Of a DNA stretch of 64,000 nt, positions 30,217 to 38,928 are shown piece after piece (within the stretch, counting starts at the first letter, position 1; each line of letters opens with the position of its first letter). Source of the stretch: a bacterium (lineage in GTDB: Bacteria; UBA10199; 2-02-FULL-44-16; JAAZCA01); contig CAXXGI010000003.1 of assembly GCA_963674695.2 (NCBI GenBank), forward strand, positions 64,001 through 128,000, written 5' to 3'. The notes beneath the pieces were generated by a model that saw only the letters and a program-made list of their open reading frames with translations, was not told the DNA's origin and ran no database searches. Position numbers and translations under genes: made by a program.

Positions 30217-30809
30217 AGCTGCAGGTGCCGAAAGGAATGTGGAAACAGCAGCCTTCGCTACGGGAGAAAATTTTCTTCGTGGCGGCGCTTCTCGGTATCC
30301 TGATTCTCTTTTCGAACTATTTTTGGTCGGCACAGGGGGGGAAGCTTCGGGCGCTCCAGGCCGATCTCAAGGGCGTCGAGATGCAGACGAAGGCCATTCG
30401 AGAGCTCATCAAGGCTGCAGGAGTGCAACTCAAGGCGCGGCAACAGGAGCAGCAGAAGCCACCGGCCGAGATGGATCCATTGATCAAACAGATTCTCGGG
30501 CGCGATGTATTGGATGCGACCGATGAGATTCATTCTACCGTCGCGCTTCTTGGCGGTCGAAAGGTAGCTCAGCGGGTGAACATTGGGGCGATCGATGTTG
30601 AGGACGCGTCGAAGAAGAAGAATTATACGGTCGTTCCGATGCGCATTCAACTCTCGGGACGATTTACCGGTGTGCAATCCTATCTGGATGAGATCGAACG
30701 GTTACCTCGCGCGCTGGTCGTTCGCAGTGTCGATCTCAAGACGGCAGGAGCGGGTGAGCGCATGATCGAAGCGACGGTCGATGTGGATCTGTACATCGCC
30801 AGGCGCTAG
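30213..30809 (+). CDS. PilO-like protein
   Basis: REK plus TM, coiled coil, Y..VP..I.LSG.F..V..YL..IE.LPR. Confidence 0.75.
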   Translation: MKLQVPKGMWKQQPSLREKIFFVAALLGILILFSNYFWSAQGGKLRALQADLKGVEMQTKAIRELIKAAGVQLKARQQEQQKPPAEMDPLIKQILGRDVLDATDEIHSTVALLGGRKVAQRVNIGAIDVEDASKKKNYTVVPMRIQLSGRFTGVQSYLDEIERLPRALVVRSVDLKTAGAGERMIEATVDVDLYIARR

Positions 30810-30850
30810 GCACTGATGTTGCTCTGATGAGCGTCACGGGAGGAGGGGGC

Positions 30851-31234
30851 ATGTCAAGTCGATGGTGTTCGATGACGGTGTTTTTTCTGTGTTTTCTTCT
30901 CACGATGTTTTTGAGCGGAGTGGCGGGTGCGCAGTCGCTCTCCGATCTTTCGATGAAGCAGTTTGAGTCGGAGACGTCGAAATATCAGGTGCAATCACAC
31001 GTCGATCCGTTTTCCAGCGGCGTTTCAGCTGCGGAAGACCTTTCGATCGAAGATCTTCAGCTGTCGGGGATCGTCTTTCGCGATACAAAGGACGCCTATG
31101 CCCTGATCAGTGGGTATCTCGTGCGGCCGGGCGATATGATCGCGGGGTACCGCGTGGAGAAAGTCGAGAAGGATCGTGTGCGGTTGAGGCGTATCGACGA
31201 TGTTTTCGTGCTGGCCCTCGGGGGAGGAATTTGA
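30851..31234 (+). CDS. PilP/MshK-like protein
   Basis: Signal/TM, DPF, LQLSGIV...ALI.G..V..GD.I.G..V..V..D.V. Confidence 0.65.
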   Translation: MSSRWCSMTVFFLCFLLTMFLSGVAGAQSLSDLSMKQFESETSKYQVQSHVDPFSSGVSAAEDLSIEDLQLSGIVFRDTKDAYALISGYLVRPGDMIAGYRVEKVEKDRVRLRRIDDVFVLALGGGI

Positions 31235-31235
31235 C

Positions 31236-32807
31236 GTGAGAATCCATCACTCCGTATTCGTGATCATAGCCGCAGGGGTGTTGTTTTTCATCGCGACAGC
31301 GATGATAACACCGCTGGCGCGCGCACAGGGCATTCCGCAATCGGTCTTGGGACTGGAGGCACAGGAGTCTCAGGAAAAACCGGTCGATACCGGCAGCGCC
31401 AGCCAGTTTGAGACCACCAACTATCTTGGTATTACAAAGGGGACGCATTACGACGTCAGCTTTCGGAATGGATCGCTGCGTGAGGTGCTCCAATTTCTCT
31501 CCTGGATTGCCGAAATCAATATCATGATCCCAGAGGGTGTTGAAGGGGTCGTCAACGTTCACTTTCGCGATATCACTATCGGCGATTCCCTCAATTCCAT
31601 CATCAAGGCGAATCAGCTGGAGTATACGCTCGAGGGGAGCGTCATTCGGATCGGCAAGGAAGAACAGTTTAAGGACACGGGTGAAGATTTGAAGGCGGAG
31701 ACGATCCGCTTGCGCTTCGCGACCGCCAGCGACATGGCGGGCAAGGTCAAGACCATGCTCACTTCCCGCGGATCGGTTATTTCCGATCAACGCACCAACT
31801 CGATCGTCGTGCGGGAATATCCGGGTAATATCGACAACGTCAGGCGCTTTATCAAGGACATCGACATCAAGGATGCGCAGGTTCTCATCGAGGCAAAGCT
31901 TCTGGAGGCGACGCGTAGCTTTTCGCGGGATCTGGGTTTGCAGTGGGGGGTCAACAGCGGCAGTGCGACATCGAAGTTTCGCGTTGGCGGTGTCAATGCG
32001 GTGGGCACGTCGGATTCTGGACAGAACCTCAATACCAATCTTTTCGGCGGAACGCCGACCAGTGGATTGCTCATCGGCAGCCTTGTGCGCGGTGCAAATA
32101 TCGATGTGCAGATCTTGGCAGCGGAGCAGCGCGGCGATGTCTATGTGATCTCAGATCCGTCGATCGTCACGTCCAACGGACAGGCGGCCAACATTCGTAG
32201 CGGTGCGACCCTGTTGATCCAAGGGTCGGGGGATGTCAATATTGGGAGTGGCGGAACGACCGGCGGAACAACCAGTGGAAGCACGGGGACGTCGACAGGG
32301 GGCATCGTCGAAAAGGAGACGGGCGTCGAACTGACGGTGACGCCGCAGATCACGGTCGACGATTTCATCAAGCTCCAGATCAAGACGACGACCTCGACGC
32401 CTGATTTTTCCCGCGCGGTTCAGGGAATACCGATCATCGTCGATAACGTGGCGACCACGACGGTTCTCGTCAAGGACGGCGAGACGACCGTCATCGGGGG
32501 GCTCTCACGATTCACTGACAACTTGGGCAAGCAGCGGGTGCCGTTTTTTTCGCGCATTCCCGTCCTCGGAAATCTCTTCCGATCGCGTTCGCGAAACAAA
32601 GAGAACACGGAAATGATGGTCTTCATCAAGCCGACCGTCATTCGCGTTGAAGGGATTTCGCCCGCGCAGACGCGCGTGCGTGATATGGAACAGCGTCGCG
32701 AAAATATGACGCTGACACCGCTCGAGGATGCTGAAAAGATTAACGAAGAACGGCGCGAGAAGACGAAGCGAACAGAGGACGTTCGGGGCAATAAATACGT
32801 TCGATGA
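31236..32807 (+). CDS. Secretin (PilQ/MshL family)
   Basis: D.RTNSIVV, QVLIEAKL, G..L.VTPQI, V.DGET.VIGGL, VP..SRIP.LG.LF, VFIKP. Confidence 0.9.
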   Translation: MRIHHSVFVIIAAGVLFFIATAMITPLARAQGIPQSVLGLEAQESQEKPVDTGSASQFETTNYLGITKGTHYDVSFRNGSLREVLQFLSWIAEINIMIPEGVEGVVNVHFRDITIGDSLNSIIKANQLEYTLEGSVIRIGKEEQFKDTGEDLKAETIRLRFATASDMAGKVKTMLTSRGSVISDQRTNSIVVREYPGNIDNVRRFIKDIDIKDAQVLIEAKLLEATRSFSRDLGLQWGVNSGSATSKFRVGGVNAVGTSDSGQNLNTNLFGGTPTSGLLIGSLVRGANIDVQILAAEQRGDVYVISDPSIVTSNGQAANIRSGATLLIQGSGDVNIGSGGTTGGTTSGSTGTSTGGIVEKETGVELTVTPQITVDDFIKLQIKTTTSTPDFSRAVQGIPIIVDNVATTTVLVKDGETTVIGGLSRFTDNLGKQRVPFFSRIPVLGNLFRSRSRNKENTEMMVFIKPTVIRVEGISPAQTRVRDMEQRRENMTLTPLEDAEKINEERREKTKRTEDVRGNKYVR

Positions 32808-32912
32808 TTGGTGTGAAATGAATCGGATGGCAGCCGTTGCACAGAGTCTTTTCATATGTGCAGCGGCTGCTTTTGTTTGCCTTGGCGCTCAAAGTATGAC
32901 AATCATCTCCCT

Positions 32913-33227
32913 ATGTCCGTCAAACTTCGTATGCTTCAGGAACGTCCCCCGAATTGGCTGCCGCCGCCTGGTAGCGATCGCCTCAGTCGTGCACAGGTCG
33001 AAGTGGACGATCTCTTCTCCAAGGGCTGTATCACGCGTTTTTATCCAAAGCTCGGGTTGGGCTGGGTGGAGCGCGATGGTGATGGCGAAGTTTCCGTTTC
33101 CCTTGCGGATGCCAGGCTCGTCGGTCCAAAGGGGTCGGAGCGCTATCTTGTGGCGGGCGCACGAGTTGGGTTTGACCTCTCCTGGACCTCCTCCGGTCCT
33201 CGCATCACCTGCCTCAAGGTCTATTGA
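32913..33227 (+). CDS. Divergent cold-shock-domain-like small protein
   Basis: KG.I..F....G.GWV...G..V.V....L..G..V.F......GP....L pattern of the CSD OB fold. Confidence 0.5.
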   Translation: MSVKLRMLQERPPNWLPPPGSDRLSRAQVEVDDLFSKGCITRFYPKLGLGWVERDGDGEVSVSLADARLVGPKGSERYLVAGARVGFDLSWTSSGPRITCLKVY

Positions 33228-33274
33228 TTGAACTCCCTGAAAGAGGCCGTCTCGGGCGTTTTCCAGAAAAGGCG

Positions 33275-33301
33275 CAACTTTTCGTCCGATTCTGCCGATA
33301 T
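33275..33301 (+). promoter_or_regulatory. Candidate sigma28 (FliA)-type promoter
   Basis: CAACTTTT-N11-GCCGATAT versus consensus TAAAGTTT-N11-GCCGATAA, 17 bp upstream of ATG 33319. Confidence 0.45.
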
Positions 33302-33318
33302 GGGGGCGGGAGCGATCA

Positions 33319-34695
33319 ATGACCGATATTCTGCACATGGATCTCTGTGGGCGGTCTTCACGGGGAGTGCTGTGCCGAGATGAGGCGTTTTCTGTGAAGC
33401 CATTCGGGCGGTCGCATCGCATCCGATCCTTCGGGATCATTATCGACGAAGCAGCAAGCCCCGAGCAGATCCGATTGATTCGACAGACACTCAAAGTATT
33501 TCCCGATCCGTTTCTTGAGGCCTTTGTTTCCGGTCGCTCGTTTCACGTGGTTTCGCGCGAGGAGTTCGACCGCTTGCCGCACACGATGGAGGCTTCTTTC
33601 TCTGCCAAAATGGGGATCAAGATTTCCGGAATGACCTGGTATCTGCGTGAAGATACCCTGTCCGCGTCATCTGCGCATTCGTTTTCATCGCGTCTCTGGT
33701 ATGCGATGAGTGCCCTGGTTGCGAATGAGCTGGAGGGTGAGCCAGAGTTTGATCGTCTTCGCTTTCAGGCAAACTTCGTTCGATACCTGCGCGGGCGTTT
33801 GGGAAATGCCCTCGCTCTTCCTTGGATCCCGCTCGATTTTTTTCTCAAGGGAGTTGATCCGCTCTATCAGATATTTTTCGATCTCTTGGCGGAGGCTCCG
33901 GATTTTTCCCATGGGCGACTTCGGGAACTCTTTCGAGAGGCCTTGGTTCGCTCCCGATCGCCGCACAAGCTGGCGCCTTCGCGTCGTCGTATGGCTGCCG
34001 AGGCGCTGACGCCCTGGTCGGCCCAACAGGCCTATGCACAGCTCGTGGCGGGCGAATACTCCTGGCACACCGGGGGGGGGAATGTGCTGCAGTTTTCACT
34101 GCAAAACGCCAAGGATCGTACGCGCCCTGAGAGCAGTCATCGTTTCAGCATGCACTATTACAACGACCCCCTCAACGAACTGCTAGGACAGGGGTTGGGA
34201 CGGCTGTTCCCCGGAACGGCGGTGGATGTCGTCTGGTCGCCCGGTTTGGTCGGTTCGTATGATACGGCAACTCCCAACGGCGTCGAACGCGAGACGGTGT
34301 TGCTCGGATCGCTCTTCGACCTGAATCTGAAATATGACGGATGGACGATGGGCCTGCATTCCTATCTTGGCCTTCCTGTTTCATTGCGCGAACGCGAGGA
34401 CGATCGCTGGGCGCCGCAGGATTTGTGCAGCAAGGCCTATGCGGGTCGATCGGTTGACGAGAATCCCTGTGATCGCGAGGGCCCCATTACCCTGCCGAAC
34501 GGAAGTGTGATCTGGAATCATCCGAAGGGGATGTGCGATCAGGGGTGGTCGGTTACGCCGCAATGGGAGGTGGGGTTTAAACTCACTGACCCCGAGAAGA
34601 GATTTTTTCTCGGGACGATGCTGATGGTGCCCTTTCCTCGAACGGAGGGGCGGTATTTTGGATTGATCCTGCGGTGGCAGCCCGACGCTCTATGA
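33319..34695 (+). CDS. Hypothetical protein
   Basis: 458 aa ORF filling the gap before convergent gltX; C-terminal half rich in alternating beta strands; family not recognised. Confidence 0.55.
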   Translation: MTDILHMDLCGRSSRGVLCRDEAFSVKPFGRSHRIRSFGIIIDEAASPEQIRLIRQTLKVFPDPFLEAFVSGRSFHVVSREEFDRLPHTMEASFSAKMGIKISGMTWYLREDTLSASSAHSFSSRLWYAMSALVANELEGEPEFDRLRFQANFVRYLRGRLGNALALPWIPLDFFLKGVDPLYQIFFDLLAEAPDFSHGRLRELFREALVRSRSPHKLAPSRRRMAAEALTPWSAQQAYAQLVAGEYSWHTGGGNVLQFSLQNAKDRTRPESSHRFSMHYYNDPLNELLGQGLGRLFPGTAVDVVWSPGLVGSYDTATPNGVERETVLLGSLFDLNLKYDGWTMGLHSYLGLPVSLREREDDRWAPQDLCSKAYAGRSVDENPCDREGPITLPNGSVIWNHPKGMCDQGWSVTPQWEVGFKLTDPEKRFFLGTMLMVPFPRTEGRYFGLILRWQPDAL

Positions 34696-36084
34696 AGAGA
34701 AACGCAGCGCTGCATCGATGCGTGCGAGGGAGCGTTCCTTCCCCAGGATGGCGAGTACCTCGTAGATTCCGGGGCTCACCGTCGTGCCGGTCATAGCCAC
34801 GCGCACCGGCTGTGCGAGTTTTAGCATCTTACAGTCGCGCTCCTGCATCATCGTTTCGAAGAGCTCTTTGAGGGGCTCCTCTTCAAACGAGGTCAGTTGG
34901 CTCAGGCGCTGACGCAGCTCGGCCAGCATTTCGCGATGGCTCTCCTTGAGCCACTTCTTTGCGGCATTGGGGTCGATTTCGATCTGTTCCCGAAAATAGA
35001 AGGCGGAGATGTCAGCGAGCTCCTTGAGGGTTCGTCCCCGTTCGCGTTCGGAGGCGATGGCGCGTGCGGCATAGGCGGTGTCGTTTGCGTCGAGGTCGAT
35101 CTCATTCAGAAATGGTTTTACCAATCCCACGAGATCCTCGTCGGAGATTTTCGCGAGGTGCTGGCTGTTGACCCAGCTCAGCTTTTCCACGTCGAAGATC
35201 GAGGGGGCGCTCCCCACCGAGGCGAGGTCGAATTTCTTGGTGAGTTCCTCGCGCGTGAAGATCTCCTGATCGCCACAGGACCACCCGAGCCGAGACAGGT
35301 AGTTCACCATCGCTTCCGACAGAAATCCCATCTTCTGGTATTCGGTCACCGAGACGGCGCCATGGCGTTTGGAGAGTTTTTTCTTGTCCGGTCCATGGAT
35401 CATCGGGAGGTGAGCGAATTCGGGGACCGGAAAGTCCAGCGCTTGGTAGAGCAAAACCTGCCGTGGTGTATTGTTGATGTGATCGTCGCCGCGGATGACG
35501 TGCGTGATCTCCATGGTGACGTCGTCGACGACGACGGTCAGGTTGTACGTTGGGGTTCCATCCGAGCGCGCGATGATCAGGTCGTCGAGTTCGGCGTTTT
35601 CAAACGTGATCGTGCCGCGGCAGATGTCGTGAAACGTGGTCGACCCTTCCGTCGGACAGCGAAACCGAATGGCGGTGGGCCGATCCGGATGAACAGGGCC
35701 ATTGCGGCAGGTGCCGTCGTACTTGGGTTTCCGGCCCTCGGCCATCGCCTGTGCGCGCTTGGCCTCCAGTTCTTCCGGCGTGCAGCTGCAGCGATAGGCT
35801 CGGCCCTCGTCGAGGAGTTTTTGGACATATTCCTTATAGAGCCCGGTTCGCTCGGATTGGTAGGTGAGCTCTCCATCCCAGTCCATGCCCAGCCAGCGCA
35901 TGCCTTCGAGGATCGACTGCTCGAACGCCTTGGTCGAACGCTCCTGATCGGTGTCCTCGATGCGCAGCAAAAAGGTGCCGCCGGCATTTCGGGCGAAGAG
36001 CCAGTTGAAGAGCGCTGTGCGGGCGCCACCGATATGGAGGTTTCCCGTCGGAGAGGGGGCAAAACGGACGCGTGGAGTTTTCAT
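34690..36084 (-). CDS. gltX: Glutamate--tRNA ligase
   Basis: RVRFAPSPTG.LHIGG, LRIEDTD, IRGDDH, KLSKR. Confidence 0.96.
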   Translation of the reverse strand: MKTPRVRFAPSPTGNLHIGGARTALFNWLFARNAGGTFLLRIEDTDQERSTKAFEQSILEGMRWLGMDWDGELTYQSERTGLYKEYVQKLLDEGRAYRCSCTPEELEAKRAQAMAEGRKPKYDGTCRNGPVHPDRPTAIRFRCPTEGSTTFHDICRGTITFENAELDDLIIARSDGTPTYNLTVVVDDVTMEITHVIRGDDHINNTPRQVLLYQALDFPVPEFAHLPMIHGPDKKKLSKRHGAVSVTEYQKMGFLSEAMVNYLSRLGWSCGDQEIFTREELTKKFDLASVGSAPSIFDVEKLSWVNSQHLAKISDEDLVGLVKPFLNEIDLDANDTAYAARAIASERERGRTLKELADISAFYFREQIEIDPNAAKKWLKESHREMLAELRQRLSQLTSFEEEPLKELFETMMQERDCKMLKLAQPVRVAMTGTTVSPGIYEVLAILGKERSLARIDAALRFSS

Positions 36085-36094
36085 AGCGGCATAC

Positions 36095-37789
36095 CTATGG
36101 AAACGCTGGCTGCGGGTCAAGGGGAACTTCCGGCTCTTCGGGTTTTGGGCTGGTCTGTTCCGCGATGGTCGCCAGGACGGTTTCCGCGTGTTTTCGATCG
36201 GCCTCATATCTCAGGGCGCGTTTGAGATGGGCCCTGCCTTCATCGATGCGACCGATATCGGCGAGCGAGGTTCCCAGGAGGAGGTCGATATGTTCTTGGT
36301 CCGGATTCAGATCGAGGCTCGCTTGCAGCGCGGGGATGGCGCGATCGATGATCCCGGCCAGGTACCATGACTTTCCGAGGAAATACCAGAGTTTGCTGTC
36401 TTCGGGACTCAGCTCGACGGCCCGAGAGAAACTCTCGGCGGCCGCGATGGGTTTTTTGTCGCGGTAGAGGATCTCGCCGCGAATGATGTGGTTGAGCAAC
36501 ATGTTGGGATCGCGCTCGATCGCCTTGTCGATCCAGTGGATCGCTTCGTCATAACGATCGGCTTCGAGAAGGGCGTTGGCGTAGAGCGACGCCGTTGGCA
36601 TGATCGGGGCCAGCGGTGCTGCATACGACCAGAGTTCGAGGTTCGATCTCCAGTGGCGTGCCTGTCGGTGGGTGGCGATGGACAGCGCTGTCGCGATGGC
36701 GAGAGCGACGATGAGGATGCACGCGATCGCGCGCCGATCCTGGATCCGTCGCAGCGGAGCCAGGAGTGCGAGCAGGATTCCGACGAGGGGGAGGTAGAGA
36801 TAACGGTCGGCAAACCAGATCACCATCGGCACGAGGTTGGCGACCGGAAGCCAGAGGATGAAGAACCAGGCGATGCCAAACGAGACGAGCTTTTGGCGAC
36901 GGATTGCGCTGATTCCCACAACGAGCAGGGCGGCGGTGATCGCTACGTACGCGGCCGTCGGCCAGAGGGGGAAGGTGATGCGATAGAGCGGGGAGAGATC
37001 GACCGGCCAGATGAGCGTGGCGATATAGCGTCCCGGGAGCGAGGTGACGCGCCAGAGCTGGACGAGCGCCCCCTCGTTCCATTCGGCGATCGTCTTTTGC
37101 AGCGATTGCGCAAAGAGGTTGAAGGCGGTCATCGCTGCGGCCAGCAGTGCCAGCGGCAGGGCGTTGAAAAAGGATTGGCGCCATGTTCGACGGCGGACGA
37201 TCAGGTCGAAGGCGAAGATGATCGCGGGGATCACGACCGCCACGGCCTTGGCGCACATGGCCAGGAAACCCAGGAGCAGCAGGGCCCAGCGCGGTCCACC
37301 GCGCACCAGGACGCGCATGGCTCCCAAGAGGAGCGCGGCGGAGAGGAGCGCTTTGTGCTCGGAGATCCAGGCGACGGTCTCGACCTGAACGGGATGGACG
37401 AGAAAGAGGATCGCCCCGATGGCGGCCAACCACCGACGGCGAAGCAGTGCTGCGAGGATTCCGAAGACGAGGGTCGCGTTGAGCACGTGGAGCGCCAGGT
37501 TCACGATGCGATAGCCGGGCGCCCAGAGTCCCCAGAGCTTGTGCCAGAGCGCGAGTAAAAAGGTGTTGAGCGGAAGGTAGTCGCTGAAGTGGATGGAGGT
37601 GAGCGTTCGGCCCAACGTCTGCATCGACAGCTGTTGGACAATCGTCGACTGCGTGATGTACTGGTTGTCATCCCAGTTCAGAAAGTCGCTCGAGAGCGTC
37701 TGTCCATAGAGCAGCAGGGCGATCGCAACCAGTCCCAAGGGAAAGAGCATCCACAGAAGACGAACGGTTTTTGAATTCACATTTTTCAT
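36095..37789 (-). CDS. TMTC-like membrane glycosyltransferase with C-terminal TPRs
   Basis: F..WDD..YI, NL.LH.LN, LF.VHP.QVE.VAWIS, ADRYLYLP, W.S...LW, then TPR repeats. Confidence 0.75.
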   Translation of the reverse strand: MKNVNSKTVRLLWMLFPLGLVAIALLLYGQTLSSDFLNWDDNQYITQSTIVQQLSMQTLGRTLTSIHFSDYLPLNTFLLALWHKLWGLWAPGYRIVNLALHVLNATLVFGILAALLRRRWLAAIGAILFLVHPVQVETVAWISEHKALLSAALLLGAMRVLVRGGPRWALLLLGFLAMCAKAVAVVIPAIIFAFDLIVRRRTWRQSFFNALPLALLAAAMTAFNLFAQSLQKTIAEWNEGALVQLWRVTSLPGRYIATLIWPVDLSPLYRITFPLWPTAAYVAITAALLVVGISAIRRQKLVSFGIAWFFILWLPVANLVPMVIWFADRYLYLPLVGILLALLAPLRRIQDRRAIACILIVALAIATALSIATHRQARHWRSNLELWSYAAPLAPIMPTASLYANALLEADRYDEAIHWIDKAIERDPNMLLNHIIRGEILYRDKKPIAAAESFSRAVELSPEDSKLWYFLGKSWYLAGIIDRAIPALQASLDLNPDQEHIDLLLGTSLADIGRIDEGRAHLKRALRYEADRKHAETVLATIAEQTSPKPEEPEVPLDPQPAFP

Positions 37790-37794
37790 ATGGA

Positions 37795-37865
37795 TGTCAT
37801 TCCCGCGAAGGCGGGAATCTCGATTATTTAAGAACGTCGAGATTCCCGCCTTCACGGGAATGACA
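37795..37865. repeat. Stand-alone REP/RPE-like palindrome core
   Basis: TGTCATTCCCGCGAAGGCGGGAATCTCGA ... TCGAGATTCCCGCCTTCACGGGAATGACA; same core as the MITEs but no outer TIR. Confidence 0.85.
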
Positions 37866-37885
37866 GCGATAGCCGCAGATCCTTC

Positions 37886-38872
37886 TTAAATCGTCAGCGC
37901 AGCGGACAGGCCCAACTTTCCCTTTACCGGCGTTGGGAGCTTGTCCATCGGGATGCGGAACTCATAGACGCGGTGTTCGAAATTGGCCGCTCCCGTATAG
38001 GTCGCGCCACGCCGGCCATATTCATCCGGGGCATCTCCCGCCCGGAAGGAGGCCAGTCCCCCTTCACCGCGTACGTAGAGGATGGTCTCATCATCCGCAT
38101 CCGAGACGGTGTTATCCGCAGCCACGTCGATGGCGACCGAGAGGTACTGCCCATCGTCCATCACCCAGGCTAAAATCGGCAACGGTTTCTTGCTGATCGC
38201 CGTCTTGATCTCCGTCTTCAGACTTGGTTTGCCCAACTGCTCCTCGGGGGTGATCTGCCCGTCGAGCAGGAGCGTTCCTTTACGGGAGCCGAGCTTGTAG
38301 TCATAGAATTTCTTCGCCTGGATGACCCGCGGTTGTGCGGTACCGTTTTCCGGAAGCGAAACGGCGCGGGATTCCTGTTTTGTTGCGGCAACGAGTTGGA
38401 GCCGCGCTCCCTGTGCCTCGGAGGCGGGGACGTATTCGATCCAGTACTCTTTGGCGCCGACGATGTCGTCATCGCGACTGGTGAGTTTCTTCGTCACGTC
38501 ACGACCGTCGGCTGTGGCGCGCACCGGTGTGAGCGTCTGCCCGCCGACATCGAGCGTGGCTTGGTCGATGTGCACGGGCCTGCCCGACGAGCTCGAGATG
38601 TGCACCTTGACGGTTCGCTTGGGTTCGAGCGTGAGATCCTGGCCGACCACCTGCGTATACTCCGCCATCGGCGCCTGTTCGTTGATCGGCAGGAACTGGA
38701 GTTTGCTGGTCTCTTTGGGGGCGACCTGGAGGCTCACGCCCACGCCGGTTAAGTTGGTCATCATCGGATCGGGGTTCGGCTGCTGTCCCGGAATGGGTGC
38801 CGGCTGTGCCGCGGCGCTTGCAGCGATGAGGGCAAGGCCCATTATAATGATAAGAAGGTGTGTCGAGCGCAT
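37886..38872 (-). CDS. Hypothetical exported protein
   Basis: AAGGAG RBS; Sec signal peptide ending ASAAA|Q; C-terminal DOMON/CBM9-like look (D..YL.VA.D, YEFRIP). Confidence 0.6.
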   Translation of the reverse strand: MRSTHLLIIIMGLALIAASAAAQPAPIPGQQPNPDPMMTNLTGVGVSLQVAPKETSKLQFLPINEQAPMAEYTQVVGQDLTLEPKRTVKVHISSSSGRPVHIDQATLDVGGQTLTPVRATADGRDVTKKLTSRDDDIVGAKEYWIEYVPASEAQGARLQLVAATKQESRAVSLPENGTAQPRVIQAKKFYDYKLGSRKGTLLLDGQITPEEQLGKPSLKTEIKTAISKKPLPILAWVMDDGQYLSVAIDVAADNTVSDADDETILYVRGEGGLASFRAGDAPDEYGRRGATYTGAANFEHRVYEFRIPMDKLPTPVKGKLGLSAALTI

Positions 38873-38928
38873 GAGAGACTCCTTGGGGTTGTGATGATCC
38901 CCAATCTCTCATGTGTGTCGGGTTTTGT

